Assembly (NCBI GenBank): GCA_963702205.1
Contig: OY969724.1
Span: forward strand, 3,040,001-3,104,000
Reading direction: 5' to 3'
DNA: 64,000 nucleotides
DNA from: an uncultured candidate division Zixibacteria bacterium
Lineage (GTDB): Bacteria > Zixibacteria > MSB-5A5 > GN15 > PGXB01
The first letter of the stretch is position 1. Every line of letters starts with the position of its first letter. This document shows positions 19,778 to 30,307 of this stretch, piece by piece. Position numbers and translations under genes: made by a program. Under the pieces are notes generated by a model, which saw only the letters and a list, made by a program, of their open reading frames with translations, was not told the origin of the DNA and searched no databases.

Positions 19778-22700
19778 TTACCTTAGCGGAGCATGGCATC
19801 CCGTCAGCCATTCTCCGCAGGAACAGGGGGCCTCTCCCTCGAAGTATATGTTCTCTATCAGGGTAAGAATATCAAGGAGGTTTATCTGGCAATCGCAGTT
19901 GGCATCACCTGAACACGTGGCATATGGTACTGCCTCCGGGCCGTCCTGATAAATACCGGTTATCACATACAAAATATCGAGCAAATTCAGAACTCGCAGG
20001 ACGTCGCCGTCGGCATTGCCGGGCCTGCAATCACAGAGATTATCGCAATAGACATTGGCAAATCGGTCGATCGTCCCGGCTGACCCGGCCACGGTATATT
20101 GATCACCGGGATTGCCTCCGAAATTCTGCCAGCAGTTTCCCTCGGAAACGCCGTCATCCCAGTAGCCCCCGGCAGCATCATCCTCGGCGTCCAGATTGTT
20201 ATCGAACAGATTGTGATAGACCTCAATGTCATATATGCTTCCGCCGGGCGCCCCGAGATTCTTGACCGCCAGACCCATATTGTTCCCAACGAAATAATTG
20301 CCCGTGATCGTGGCCCCGATATGACCATTGCCGTTAGTGTAAATCAAAGCACCATAACGCCCGCTTGCGGATATTTCATTTCCGGCCAGGTTCAACGATA
20401 CCGTTGATCCCGCATCGGCGTCTTCATCGACAACGACCAGTCCGCCGCCGCTATCCCCGCCTCCGGCATCGCAGCCGGAGATGGAATTGTCGACAATATC
20501 TGCGACAATATCCACGTCACCGGCCATGCCCGGCTCGGCATTGCCGATAACCAGTCCAAACTGGCTGTTATGGATGTCATTTTCGCGAACTGTCACCGAT
20601 TTGGATATTCCAGTCAGTCCCGATGTCCCGGCGTTATGGATCCGTACCGCCGCCGATGATTCCTGGTTGACTATATGCTCGGTATTGAATCCGTCAAAAG
20701 TATTTCGCAGCAAAGATCCGACAGCCGTCGAACCGAGTTCAACACCAAAGCCGAAATCAGGCTCATCCTTCATGAATGAATTGTCTTCGATCGATAAATC
20801 CGTCCAGCCTTCAGCCCAAACGGCATTCCGGCCCGTATTGATGAATTCATTATTCAAAAACTCCAGACGGGCCCGATTGTTCGTATCGAAGGATGGTTCC
20901 GTCGCACCGGCATAAACGGTGATATCGTCATACCCGCCGGAGGCGTCGGGAACGTCCATCCCCTGTAATCGGCAGTCCTGCCACGATCCCGCCGAGTTCC
21001 AGCAGAGAATACCCGATGCATTGTCAGCCCTGGCGCCGTTAAAATCAAAGGTCATGCCAGCAAAGCTTATTCCCTGTGACCCTATAATTCTAATTGCCGT
21101 GCTCATCGTGTCCCCGACAGGTCCTATTGCCCAGTCGATTCTGGAAGTTGGAGCATAGGTGGTGCTATCACGGCTGATTGAGACTATGGAAAGATTATTC
21201 CTGTTTTCGATATTTATCGTAGCATGGTACAATCCCGGTAATACTCGTACGGTATCGCCGTCGGCGGCGAAATTCACTCCCTCCTGAATATTGGAGCTAT
21301 TCGATGAATCAAGTACCCAAATCCAGGGCGAGCTATGACCGCTGCTTATATAATTGCCTCCCCACCACGGCGAATAGTCCACGTACGATGACACATCATT
21401 GCCCGATATACCCGGTCCGCCGGCATTTCCCCACCAGTTTCCGGCGGCGTCGAGCACGATGAGGGTATTGTTGTCTATTGCCTGCGTATTGGCGATGAAC
21501 GAATTGAAGTTCACATGTACGCCCGATGGTTCTATGCCGGATAAATCATTGACGGCTATGGCAGATATATCGGTGCCGGAAAAAGTATTGCCCGTGATAT
21601 TGATTGTGGACGATGACCCGTCGCACTGCACGGCATAGTCGTTGCCGGAGAAATAGCCGTTGGTCACGGAGATATTGGTGGAATTGATTATATGCAGGGC
21701 GCTGCCGTTCGAGATATAATTATTCTTATTAAACACGACTCCGGCGCAGTTTTTGGCCATCATGTAATCATTTTCGCTGAATATATTATTATTCCCGACC
21801 GTGGCGTTAACCAAAAAGTTCAAATTTGCGGCCGACTCACAATTAGAAATAGTATTACCGTTGATCACAATTCCGCTGCCGGGATAATTAATGTCAATGC
21901 CGCAGGCGGTATCGGTACCGGGGATATAGCGCATCTCCGATATATCATTCCCCGTTATGGCTGCGAGAGCTCCATAAATTACGGCAATTCCGAATTGGGC
22001 GTGCTTATCCGCGCCCAGAGGACCGTCCCCGGTAATCGTGTTATTCGAGATTGTCGCCTGAGGATCGGACAGCGCCCCATCGTCGCCAATGACATATATC
22101 CCACCCCTGGAAAATTCCTGAATATTATTACTGCCCAGAAATACGTCGGAGTTGCCGATCACCACGATACCGTACGATTCCGGGGCGTTTTCCGACGCAT
22201 GCAATTGTTTGATCGTATTTCCGCTGGCTTCCGATGACACCCCTCCATTGCGAAATAAAATGCCCGCCAGATTATCTTCGTTCGACACACCGTTGCCTTT
22301 GATTGTCAACCCGGTAATTGTTGCGTCGACGATTCCCAGTCCGGAAATATGACCGGAGCCATCAGCCGAGCCGCCGTACGCCAAAACCATCGGGTAATAA
22401 ATGCCGTTTACTTCGTCGAACGAAAATCCCGCCAGTCCTTCGGGAGGCGGGACAACGGTCGCACCCTGAGAACCGCTGATTGTGATGCTTTTATCGATAA
22501 TAAGCTGTTCGGCATAATTTCCGCTCCGGACGTGTATCGTGCCGCCGGGTTTTACCGCATTGACGGCTTCCTGCACCGATGCAAAAGCATTGTATTTCCA
22601 ATAGTGCAAATCGTTATGACACACGTCACAATAATTATCGTCGACCCAGGCCTCCTGCAGATCGCAGGTCATTTCGCAGGTCGACAGGTACGGATCGCAC

Positions 22701-23737
22701 CACGGATCATAATCCACGTTTCCGCTCAGGGTAGCGGCGATAGCGCCGCACAACAGTGCTCCCCAATAATTTTCCTCGGCATCGACAGTCGTTTCGAGAT
22801 AGTTCAGGAAGTTAATCCCGTTGCTGGAAATCTCATTATCGGTGAAATGCAAAAGTCCGGGATAGCCGTCATACACCGCCACACCGATTTCCGTATTGCC
22901 GCTTATGGTGCATCCCGTGAGGGAAATATTCTTTGGGTCATACCCGTTGTTTTCCGTTCCTTCATAATAGCCGTCGCCGAAATTGGTGAACAGCACGCCC
23001 CGATCGTTATTCTCAACTATATTGTCTACGAGATTTATGGCCTGAACGGCGTCGATCCAAATGCCGCTTCTTTGAGAATCATGAATATTATTATCATAAA
23101 TCAAGGGCGGCTCCAGCAACTCATGGGTCAGGGACCTCATAGCGAGCCCGTCGCCCGATGTGTTATAAATTTCATTTCCGCTTATGCGAAGTCCGGTGAA
23201 ATCAAGCAGCATGAACAGGTTTGGGTTATATATGCCGAGAGGGTCATCAGGGTTGTACCTTTCCGAGGCCGTTCCCACCAAAATGCCGAATCCGAGGGAG
23301 TCATTTTCGACGTCATATATTACATTATCCATAAGCCGAATAAACGGCAATCCATTCAGGGCTCCGGGTTCACCCTCAGTTAAAAAGGCCTCAATCCCGG
23401 CCGAGACATCGTGGATTGTCATTCCCTGCACCGTTACATAGAATGACAATATATCGATACCAACACCCCCGCCCGGCACTATTTCCACCGGCATGATATT
23501 GCCGGAATCGGCGGCAAGAGTCAAAGCTTTATTGATCGTGATGTTTTCCGGGTAGGTTCCCTGAGAAACGAAAACGGTATCGCCCGGCGCCGCCGCGTCT
23601 ATGGCTGTCTGAATTGATGCTCGGCCGCCTGAATTGTCACCGTCGGCGCTTTCGTACGGTGCAACGTGATGAACCGTCGCACGGGATATGGAAAACATGA
23701 AAAAGATGAGAAATATTACCGAAAGCCCGCGTGTCAC
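19778..23737 (-). CDS. Large secreted right-handed beta-helix (NosD/pectin-lyase-like) protein with C-terminal dockerin-like domain
   Basis: Signal peptide, three SIQxAI...GDTV...GxY module starts, Asn-rich parallel beta-helix repeats, NxWG motifs, NLLDIL duplicated at the C-terminus. Confidence 0.8.
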   Translation of the reverse strand: MTRGLSVIFLIFFMFSISRATVHHVAPYESADGDNSGGRASIQTAIDAAAPGDTVFVSQGTYPENITINKALTLAADSGNIMPVEIVPGGGVGIDILSFYVTVQGMTIHDVSAGIEAFLTEGEPGALNGLPFIRLMDNVIYDVENDSLGFGILVGTASERYNPDDPLGIYNPNLFMLLDFTGLRISGNEIYNTSGDGLAMRSLTHELLEPPLIYDNNIHDSQRSGIWIDAVQAINLVDNIVENNDRGVLFTNFGDGYYEGTENNGYDPKNISLTGCTISGNTEIGVAVYDGYPGLLHFTDNEISSNGINFLNYLETTVDAEENYWGALLCGAIAATLSGNVDYDPWCDPYLSTCEMTCDLQEAWVDDNYCDVCHNDLHYWKYNAFASVQEAVNAVKPGGTIHVRSGNYAEQLIIDKSITISGSQGATVVPPPEGLAGFSFDEVNGIYYPMVLAYGGSADGSGHISGLGIVDATITGLTIKGNGVSNEDNLAGILFRNGGVSSEASGNTIKQLHASENAPESYGIVVIGNSDVFLGSNNIQEFSRGGIYVIGDDGALSDPQATISNNTITGDGPLGADKHAQFGIAVIYGALAAITGNDISEMRYIPGTDTACGIDINYPGSGIVINGNTISNCESAANLNFLVNATVGNNNIFSENDYMMAKNCAGVVFNKNNYISNGSALHIINSTNISVTNGYFSGNDYAVQCDGSSSTINITGNTFSGTDISAIAVNDLSGIEPSGVHVNFNSFIANTQAIDNNTLIVLDAAGNWWGNAGGPGISGNDVSSYVDYSPWWGGNYISSGHSSPWIWVLDSSNSSNIQEGVNFAADGDTVRVLPGLYHATINIENRNNLSIVSISRDSTTYAPTSRIDWAIGPVGDTMSTAIRIIGSQGISFAGMTFDFNGARADNASGILCWNSAGSWQDCRLQGMDVPDASGGYDDITVYAGATEPSFDTNNRARLEFLNNEFINTGRNAVWAEGWTDLSIEDNSFMKDEPDFGFGVELGSTAVGSLLRNTFDGFNTEHIVNQESSAAVRIHNAGTSGLTGISKSVTVRENDIHNSQFGLVIGNAEPGMAGDVDIVADIVDNSISGCDAGGGDSGGGLVVVDEDADAGSTVSLNLAGNEISASGRYGALIYTNGNGHIGATITGNYFVGNNMGLAVKNLGAPGGSIYDIEVYHNLFDNNLDAEDDAAGGYWDDGVSEGNCWQNFGGNPGDQYTVAGSAGTIDRFANVYCDNLCDCRPGNADGDVLRVLNLLDILYVITGIYQDGPEAVPYATCSGDANCDCQINLLDILTLIENIYFEGEAPCSCGEWLTGCHAPLR

Positions 23738-24335
23738 GACGTCCCCCCCGTCGTCAGGCTCGGAATAAAGCGAATTCCGCTTGGCGGAAATTTGTTACAT
23801 CTGTGTGGCAAGGCCCAAGCTGTCATTGACGAAGAACCAATCAATGAGGCATCCGGCGGCGCCCTTGAATTCAAAAACCCAAATGGCGCGCAAAAACCGG
23901 CTATTTAATTCTTCGCTCGTTTTTATCAGTTCCCGTCTAAATTTGCCTTCCGGTTTATTAAAAAGTTCAACCGTAGCAGTAATAATGGCGATATTGCGGA
24001 CGTCACCGCCCGCGACTTATAAACACCGTAATAATAAGCACTTTCACCGATTTGTCAAGCAATGAATGCCCCGCCAGGCCCATCCCCGGCAAGCCCCGAC
24101 GGCGTATTGTGCGGGCGAAGCTGGCGCATCCCCACGAACCGATTCCGGGCCTATTTTCCGTCGAACCAAAGCCCCTCCCCAATTGTTATCAAATATAACG
24201 TATACTATTTGCATCCATATTTTGAGTTGCGTAATTTAAAAAGTTTACTATTTTGTATAAGTTACCTTTACCTGCCCGGACAATTGCATTTAAAGCCAGG
24301 GAATAAATATGCCGTTTTTTCATAGGAGGAAAAAA

Positions 24336-27221
24336 TTGAAAATCCATCCGTCAAAAGCACTTTCCGGCGGCCTTGTCGTTTTGATGCTGACATCGGCGAC
24401 GGCTTTCGCCAGCCGACCCGGTTCCGCCGCGGATCAGTTGAAACCGGAAGTAATCAGGACTCACGAGGTTTACGGCACGGCTGAGGTCGTTTCGGGGAAT
24501 TTTAAAGTAACCGGCACTGACATGCAGGACCGGGCCCTGAATTTCATCGCCTCACAAAACAGCGCCTTTAAAATCGCCGACCCCCCTCATGAATTAAAAC
24601 TGCTTTATCAAAGGACCGATAAACTCGGCGAAACCCACCTGCGCTTCCAGCAGGAGTTCAATGACCTTGAGGTCTGGGGCTGCCAGACAATCGTCCACTT
24701 CAAGGACGATCACACAATCTATCTTGTCGGGGGCCAGACCATCGCGACGCCGTCGATCAATACCGTCCCCACGATGAGCGAAAGTGATGCTTCCTCAATA
24801 GCGTCAGATGATATAAGAATAAAATTCCCCAACGATTCGCTCGAAACCGACTCGAAACTATTGATCTATCCCGGTGAAGGCAACCCCGGCCTGGCTTATC
24901 TGGTGACCGTGACAAGTCCCAATGATGCCGGTGTGCGCTGGCGGGTTTTTGTCGACGCCCGCGACGGACACATTCTCCACAAATTCAATGACATCCAGAA
25001 CGACGGGCCCGATATCGGGACCGGGATTGACGTCCTCGGCAATACCGACACGTTGAACATTTACAACAGCGGCGGGCAGTATCAATTGCGCGACGTGACC
25101 CATACCGGTGAGGTTAGTACGTACTACGACTATTACGGCGCTCACGTTATATCCACCGACCCTAACGGCGATAAAGTCTGGAATGACAATGCGAGCCAAC
25201 AAAAGTTTGTCTCCGGGCATTATTACACCGACTCAACTTATAACTACTATCTGAGCACATTCGGCCGCGACAGCTATGACGGTGCGGGAGCCGATATCCC
25301 GGTCAATATGCTGCCGGACCCTGGATATAATAACGCGTACTGGAACGGGCAGGCTCTCAATTTCGGTGAGGGCGACGGCGTCCTGTACAAGCCTTTTTCC
25401 GGGGCGCTCGACGTTGTCGCTCACGAGTTGACCCACGCCGTCACCCAATACAACGGTCTCGGCGGTCTGATCTATGAATACCAATCCGGGGCGCTGAACG
25501 AATCTTTCTCCGACGTGATGGCCGCCATGGTCGACCGCGATGACTGGACCATGGGTGAAGACATCGCGCTTTACACGACCAACCCGTTTATCCGAAGCCT
25601 CGCCGACCCCAGCCTTAAGGGTCAGCCGAATACGATGGATCAATACCACTGGCTGGGCATTGAGACCGATAATGGCGGCGTCCACACCAATTCCGGCATT
25701 TCCAACCATGCGGCGTACATCGCCAGCGAGATGTTCGGCCTCGGCCATTCCAAGGTGGAGCAGATTTGGTATCGCACGCTGACTACCTACCTGACGCCGA
25801 CCACCGGCTTTCACTTCTGGGCGGCTATGATATTGCAGGCGACGGCCGACCTTTATTCACCAAGCGACGTCGACGCGATGGACAATGCCCTGAAACTGGT
25901 GGCATTGCTTCCCACTTACGCCGACCCGATCTCCGTTACGATAACGACCCTCATCGGCGGCACGCCGACGCCCGATACGGTATGGCTTCACAATTCCGGC
26001 CAGGGGGACAGCTACGACTTTTCTTTCAGCACTCCCGTCACTCCGGGACTTTCCGTAACACAGGTTTCCGGCACCAACCCCGTCCCGGTCGGCGATTCGG
26101 TCGGCTTTGAGGTCGCGCTGAGCACGTCCGGCTATACCGAATGCGACCTGGGCGTATCGGTCGATACCGTCAACTTTCTGTTTGGAACCGGCGTATTCAC
26201 TACGACCATCAGGCTGCCGATCACGGTTGCGGTGGCCAAAACGACTTCGGACTATAAGCCGGTCGATGTAAATACCTCCTGCGTGAATTTCAACGGGTAC
26301 AACAATACCGAGATATATAACTTCGACCGCAGCGGCGTTAACACGGTTTACGATGGTTCCCTCATGATCGGACTGCTCGACGGCAACGATACCACGGTGT
26401 ATCGAAGCGTCTTCGGAACCAACAAGCTGGCCATTGTCGACACGGTCGACACCGAACCGGGGAGCAAGTCGTTCGCCTTCGTAAGCATGGACGGCCGCAT
26501 ACAGGGCAAAGCAACCTATCGCTGGGATGCCACCGACCCGAACAACTGTGATTTCGTCATTGCCGATTTCGATCTATATAATCCCTGCGATACCCCCCTG
26601 ACTTTACTCACGGCCGCGTATACCGATTTTGACGTCCTAAGCTCGAGCAGCAATACCTGTCATAACGACCCGGCCAACAACCTGATATACATTCAGGATA
26701 ATGCCGGTAATTATGCCGGGGGCATGGCCCTGCTGTCCGGCACGGCCAAAAACGTGCGCTCGATCAATAACCCCGCTCTCGTGTACAACGGCGGCTGGAG
26801 CGATGATATTGCCTACAATCAGATGACGCAGTCGTCAAATCTTCAGGGATTGACGCCCAACGATTATTCCGCACTGCTTACTTTCGGTCAGGCGACCCTG
26901 CCAGCGGGCGACACGGCTCATTATTCCATGGCTTATATGTACCAAACATCCGGCGGCGATACCTTCGTGGACATATTGAACAAAATTGCCGCATTCAATA
27001 CGAATTATGTCTGCGGTGATGCCAACGGCGATGGTGATGTTAATCTACTGGACATACTGTCTCTGATTTCCTATTTATACGATACACCGGCCGGTCCCGC
27101 GCCCAATCCCCTTGGGTCGGGTGACGCCAACGGCGATGGTGATGTCAACCTGCTTGATATACTGGCCTTGATTTCTTATCGGTACGATACTCCTCCCGGA
27201 CCGGCGCCGGTTTGTCCATAG
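24336..27221 (+). CDS. Secreted M4 (thermolysin-family) metallopeptidase with propeptide and C-terminal dockerin-like domain
   Basis: AGGAGG RBS then TTG; NNAYWNG, HELTH, GALNESFSD, DNGGVHTNSGI; GDANGDGDVNLLD twice. Confidence 0.9.
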   Translation: MKIHPSKALSGGLVVLMLTSATAFASRPGSAADQLKPEVIRTHEVYGTAEVVSGNFKVTGTDMQDRALNFIASQNSAFKIADPPHELKLLYQRTDKLGETHLRFQQEFNDLEVWGCQTIVHFKDDHTIYLVGGQTIATPSINTVPTMSESDASSIASDDIRIKFPNDSLETDSKLLIYPGEGNPGLAYLVTVTSPNDAGVRWRVFVDARDGHILHKFNDIQNDGPDIGTGIDVLGNTDTLNIYNSGGQYQLRDVTHTGEVSTYYDYYGAHVISTDPNGDKVWNDNASQQKFVSGHYYTDSTYNYYLSTFGRDSYDGAGADIPVNMLPDPGYNNAYWNGQALNFGEGDGVLYKPFSGALDVVAHELTHAVTQYNGLGGLIYEYQSGALNESFSDVMAAMVDRDDWTMGEDIALYTTNPFIRSLADPSLKGQPNTMDQYHWLGIETDNGGVHTNSGISNHAAYIASEMFGLGHSKVEQIWYRTLTTYLTPTTGFHFWAAMILQATADLYSPSDVDAMDNALKLVALLPTYADPISVTITTLIGGTPTPDTVWLHNSGQGDSYDFSFSTPVTPGLSVTQVSGTNPVPVGDSVGFEVALSTSGYTECDLGVSVDTVNFLFGTGVFTTTIRLPITVAVAKTTSDYKPVDVNTSCVNFNGYNNTEIYNFDRSGVNTVYDGSLMIGLLDGNDTTVYRSVFGTNKLAIVDTVDTEPGSKSFAFVSMDGRIQGKATYRWDATDPNNCDFVIADFDLYNPCDTPLTLLTAAYTDFDVLSSSSNTCHNDPANNLIYIQDNAGNYAGGMALLSGTAKNVRSINNPALVYNGGWSDDIAYNQMTQSSNLQGLTPNDYSALLTFGQATLPAGDTAHYSMAYMYQTSGGDTFVDILNKIAAFNTNYVCGDANGDGDVNLLDILSLISYLYDTPAGPAPNPLGSGDANGDGDVNLLDILALISYRYDTPPGPAPVCP

Positions 27222-27234
27222 TACAATTAAATAG

Positions 27235-27265
27235 AAAAGGCAGTCTCCGGACTGCCTTTTTTTTT
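27235..27265. terminator. Intrinsic terminator between convergent genes
   Basis: AAAAGGCAGTC-tccg-GACTGCCTTTT plus T-run. Confidence 0.85.
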
Positions 27266-27280
27266 GGGTTTTAAAGAGAA

Positions 27281-28333
27281 TTAATGTTCTTCCATCACTT
27301 CGCGAGTGATCTTTATTTCTTTCTTACCGCTTGGCCCGGTTACTATCTCCACGTTGGCATCGGTCACTCCCTGGGCCGCCAGTTTGGCTTCGACTTCGGC
27401 CTTGATTTGAGCGTCGGTTTTTCCGGCGGTTTCAATATCAAGTTTCGGCGGAGCTTCCATCCCGGGCATATCGAACGACATATCGCCGTCGCCTTTAAGA
27501 TTCATTTCAATGACCTGTTCGCCCTGACCATTGGCGTCCGAGGACGACCTCTCTCCCGAAATCGAGATTTGAGTCTGACCGTTGGCATCCGTTTCGACCG
27601 TGACCTGCGGCGACGTGAAACCGGCCGCAGCCAACTGAGCGGCTATTTCCTGTTCTACCTGTTCGACAGTTTTGCCGTCGGTATTGACCTCAATGCGCGT
27701 CCGGTTGTCGGTAACCTGCGCATAGAGACTGCCCGAGACCTTTTCACGGGTCGGGTTGACCTGCACGTCGGACGCGCCGGTCAGCGCCGCCAGCACCGCC
27801 GCCGCCTGGCGTCCGGCCGACCAGTCGGGAAGATTCCTGATTTGATAGTTATATCCGTTGTCGCCCCGTTCCAGATTGACTTCGGCGTCCTTAAAGCCGA
27901 GCGTCGTCATAGCGTTGACCAGCCGCTCGGCCGAAACCGTCTGCGATTGCTCGACATTATTGGCGACGGCTTCATAGCCGGTCGTGATGGTGTACGACAT
28001 CGGAACCAAAGTTATAAACAGAAATGCGGCTGCGGCGAAAATGAGCCCGGCGTAGAGCTTGGGCCGCATAGACATCTGGGTCTGCGCTTTTTCCATGAGA
28101 GAATACTCCTTTTGATTTTTGGCTGCCTTTTGTTCGATTCGTGAACGCAGGACCGCGAACGGGGTGACCGGCTCATCGGTACCGGCAGCGGCCGTCCGAA
28201 ACGAGTCGTCGATAATCTTCGCGGCACGTGCGGCGCGGGCGCATGCCGGACAGGCCTCCAAGTGCTTTAGAAGCTCCGGATTGTGTCGGCCGTCCGCATC
28301 ATTTAGCTGTTGCATTGCCTTTTTGCAATCCAT
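27281..28333 (-). CDS. Putative zinc-binding transmembrane anti-sigma factor
   Basis: C...HLEACPAC (HxxxCxxC), one TM helix, overlaps the ECF sigma gene. Confidence 0.75.
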   Translation of the reverse strand: MDCKKAMQQLNDADGRHNPELLKHLEACPACARAARAAKIIDDSFRTAAAGTDEPVTPFAVLRSRIEQKAAKNQKEYSLMEKAQTQMSMRPKLYAGLIFAAAAFLFITLVPMSYTITTGYEAVANNVEQSQTVSAERLVNAMTTLGFKDAEVNLERGDNGYNYQIRNLPDWSAGRQAAAVLAALTGASDVQVNPTREKVSGSLYAQVTDNRTRIEVNTDGKTVEQVEQEIAAQLAAAGFTSPQVTVETDANGQTQISISGERSSSDANGQGEQVIEMNLKGDGDMSFDMPGMEAPPKLDIETAGKTDAQIKAEVEAKLAAQGVTDANVEIVTGPSGKKEIKITREVMEEH

Positions 28334-28862
28334 AACCGCCCTCGCTTTGTTGGTTTTGCCTTTCCTGTTTGTCCAGTTGTCCTTCCAGAAACCGTCTCAT
28401 CTTACTTCTGGCGCGCGACAGCCGGGCTTTGATCGTCCCGTCCGGCTTGTCATACAAGGTCGCCAGTTCGGCGATCGTCCACTGCTCGAATTCGAAAAGT
28501 ACGAGCATCGCCTTTTCTTCGGCCTTGAGTATTGTCATCGCGGCTTCGAGAACGCGACGAGCCTCGTTTTTGTCCCGGGGATCATCGACCAGGACCGCCT
28601 CAAGGAGTCCGGGTGTCAGACCCGCGCGGCGGCGCCACCACGCTTCGCGCGACCGGTTCCTGAAGCGGTTGATGATCAATTTGAACAGCCAGGGACGAAA
28701 GGCCGTCTCGTCTCGGAGTGAGCCAATTTTGCGCATCGCGACCAGCAGCGAGTCCTGGTAGAGGTCGTCGCCGTCGTCCCGATTTCCGGCCAGCCGTCGG
28801 CAAAAGCCCTCGGCCTGACCGTGCACCGGCTCCAGAAGTGTCCAGAAACGATCATTGTTCAT
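28299..28862 (-). CDS. ECF RNA polymerase sigma factor
   Basis: DDLYQD, FRPWLFKLIIN (region 2), IAELA...GTIKARLSRAR (region 4). Confidence 0.9.
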   Translation of the reverse strand: MNNDRFWTLLEPVHGQAEGFCRRLAGNRDDGDDLYQDSLLVAMRKIGSLRDETAFRPWLFKLIINRFRNRSREAWWRRRAGLTPGLLEAVLVDDPRDKNEARRVLEAAMTILKAEEKAMLVLFEFEQWTIAELATLYDKPDGTIKARLSRARSKMRRFLEGQLDKQERQNQQSEGGYGLQKGNATAK

Positions 28863-29203
28863 CGGTTTTCAGCCCTAAGACAGCTTAAAATCAAAAAGGG
28901 TTGCATAAATATAAGTCATTATCTCGGAATACGGAATAAATATCGAGCCGTTTCGACCGGGAGAGTTCCTGCACCCTAATAATATTGGAGTCTTTGCATC
29001 CATTATTGCCGGCAAAATGATGTGTTATTGGCAGTTGCGGCGAAATGGGTTCGAATTTGAAAATGGTATTTGGCATTTCTCCCCCATTTGAACAAATATT
29101 CCCCCCGAATTTGGTGTACGCATAGCCATAATAAAGGGGTGCTGTTGGATTCTACATTGAGGTTGTATGGAATTTGATGGAATGAATGCGGGGATGAACT
29201 CCT

Positions 29204-29310
29204 GTAGGGCAGGACCCAAGCCTTGCGCCGTGGTCCTGCCAAAATCAAACCAAAATGGCAGAACTGTTACCCTTTAAAAGATGAGGGTCTTCGGAAAGGT
29301 TCTGCCTAAC
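29204..29310. repeat. GTAG-type REP doublet (left)
   Basis: GTAG-GGCAGGACC...GGTCCTGCC followed by GGCAGAAC...GTTCTGCC-TAAC. Confidence 0.75.
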
Positions 29311-29327
29311 TTTTTCAACCAGAACTG

Positions 29328-30278
29328 TCACAAGTTCCTAAAATCTTCGGGTCTATGTCGTTTTGCAATTTCCTGTAAATCCATGTGTACTTTTTCCTCA
29401 GGCCGAAATCTGCCCGCAATCAATTTTGACGAACTCACCAAATATGCACCTACTAGAGAACAAAGCATTTCACCATTAGCTATTTGTCCTCTAATAGGAA
29501 TTAAAATGACATTATTATTTATTAAATCTAATATATTGTTGAAATTCTTGGCATGCGAAAATGAAGAATAAATGCGATAAAATAATTCATATTCGACCGG
29601 TCTGTTTAAGAGTTTCGCTAAAGCCTCAATATTCCGAGGCCCTTTGTTAATTTGAAACCATCTAGTTATTTTCGTTTTTCCACTAAAAGCATCATAGATT
29701 GTCTTATTTCCCTTGTTCTTAAGGAATTTATCCAATGATTCTATTTTATTCCGTAATCTGCTGGAATTATTAAGCGCAAAATTATAAGAATTGGAAAATC
29801 TATCATTGCTTAAATCTTTTTTAAACTTGGCACCGATTTCGGTACTCGTATCAAAAGATTCATAATACCTCTTATCTATAATGATATTTTCTATTAGCCA
29901 TGCAGTGGAACGGGTTTCAAAGTCATCTTTGAGTATATATTCCAAAGAAATGTCAGCTTCAAAAATGCTTCTTAATATTGGGACTCCTGCCATTAAACAA
30001 CTATTTGAGATTAAGACTTCTGCGGCGTCGGCCATTTGAATAATATGATAATAGAGCGATAGTATTGAAATAGGATATCCCTTTACTCCTTTTGACGCAT
30101 TTTCGCATCTAGCCAATAGATTGGTTGCGTAATTGACCAACTCGCGCAGATATGGAGAATATTTTTCGATTAATTCGCGGGCGTTGGCAATTGAAAGATT
30201 CCTATCCAAAATTTTCGTGAGCGGGCCATGTTTTATTTGTCCTGACATTCTCTGCCTCGTTATTCTCCAATGAATCAT
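29328..30278 (-). CDS. AT-rich hypothetical protein, DUF5677-like (start may be 30248)
   Basis: ILRSIFEA...YI and YRIYSSFSH motifs; helical. Confidence 0.6.
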   Translation of the reverse strand: MIHWRITRQRMSGQIKHGPLTKILDRNLSIANARELIEKYSPYLRELVNYATNLLARCENASKGVKGYPISILSLYYHIIQMADAAEVLISNSCLMAGVPILRSIFEADISLEYILKDDFETRSTAWLIENIIIDKRYYESFDTSTEIGAKFKKDLSNDRFSNSYNFALNNSSRLRNKIESLDKFLKNKGNKTIYDAFSGKTKITRWFQINKGPRNIEALAKLLNRPVEYELFYRIYSSFSHAKNFNNILDLINNNVILIPIRGQIANGEMLCSLVGAYLVSSSKLIAGRFRPEEKVHMDLQEIAKRHRPEDFRNL

Positions 30279-30307
30279 GAATTACAAAAAGGTTTTATAG
30301 ACATCTA

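Noticed and set aside
27010..27180. Diversity-generating retroelement template/variable repeat pair (near-identical repeats at the protease 3' end)
   Set aside because: This is the normal internal duplication of a dockerin-like domain; differences are not adenine-specific and no reverse transcriptase is present
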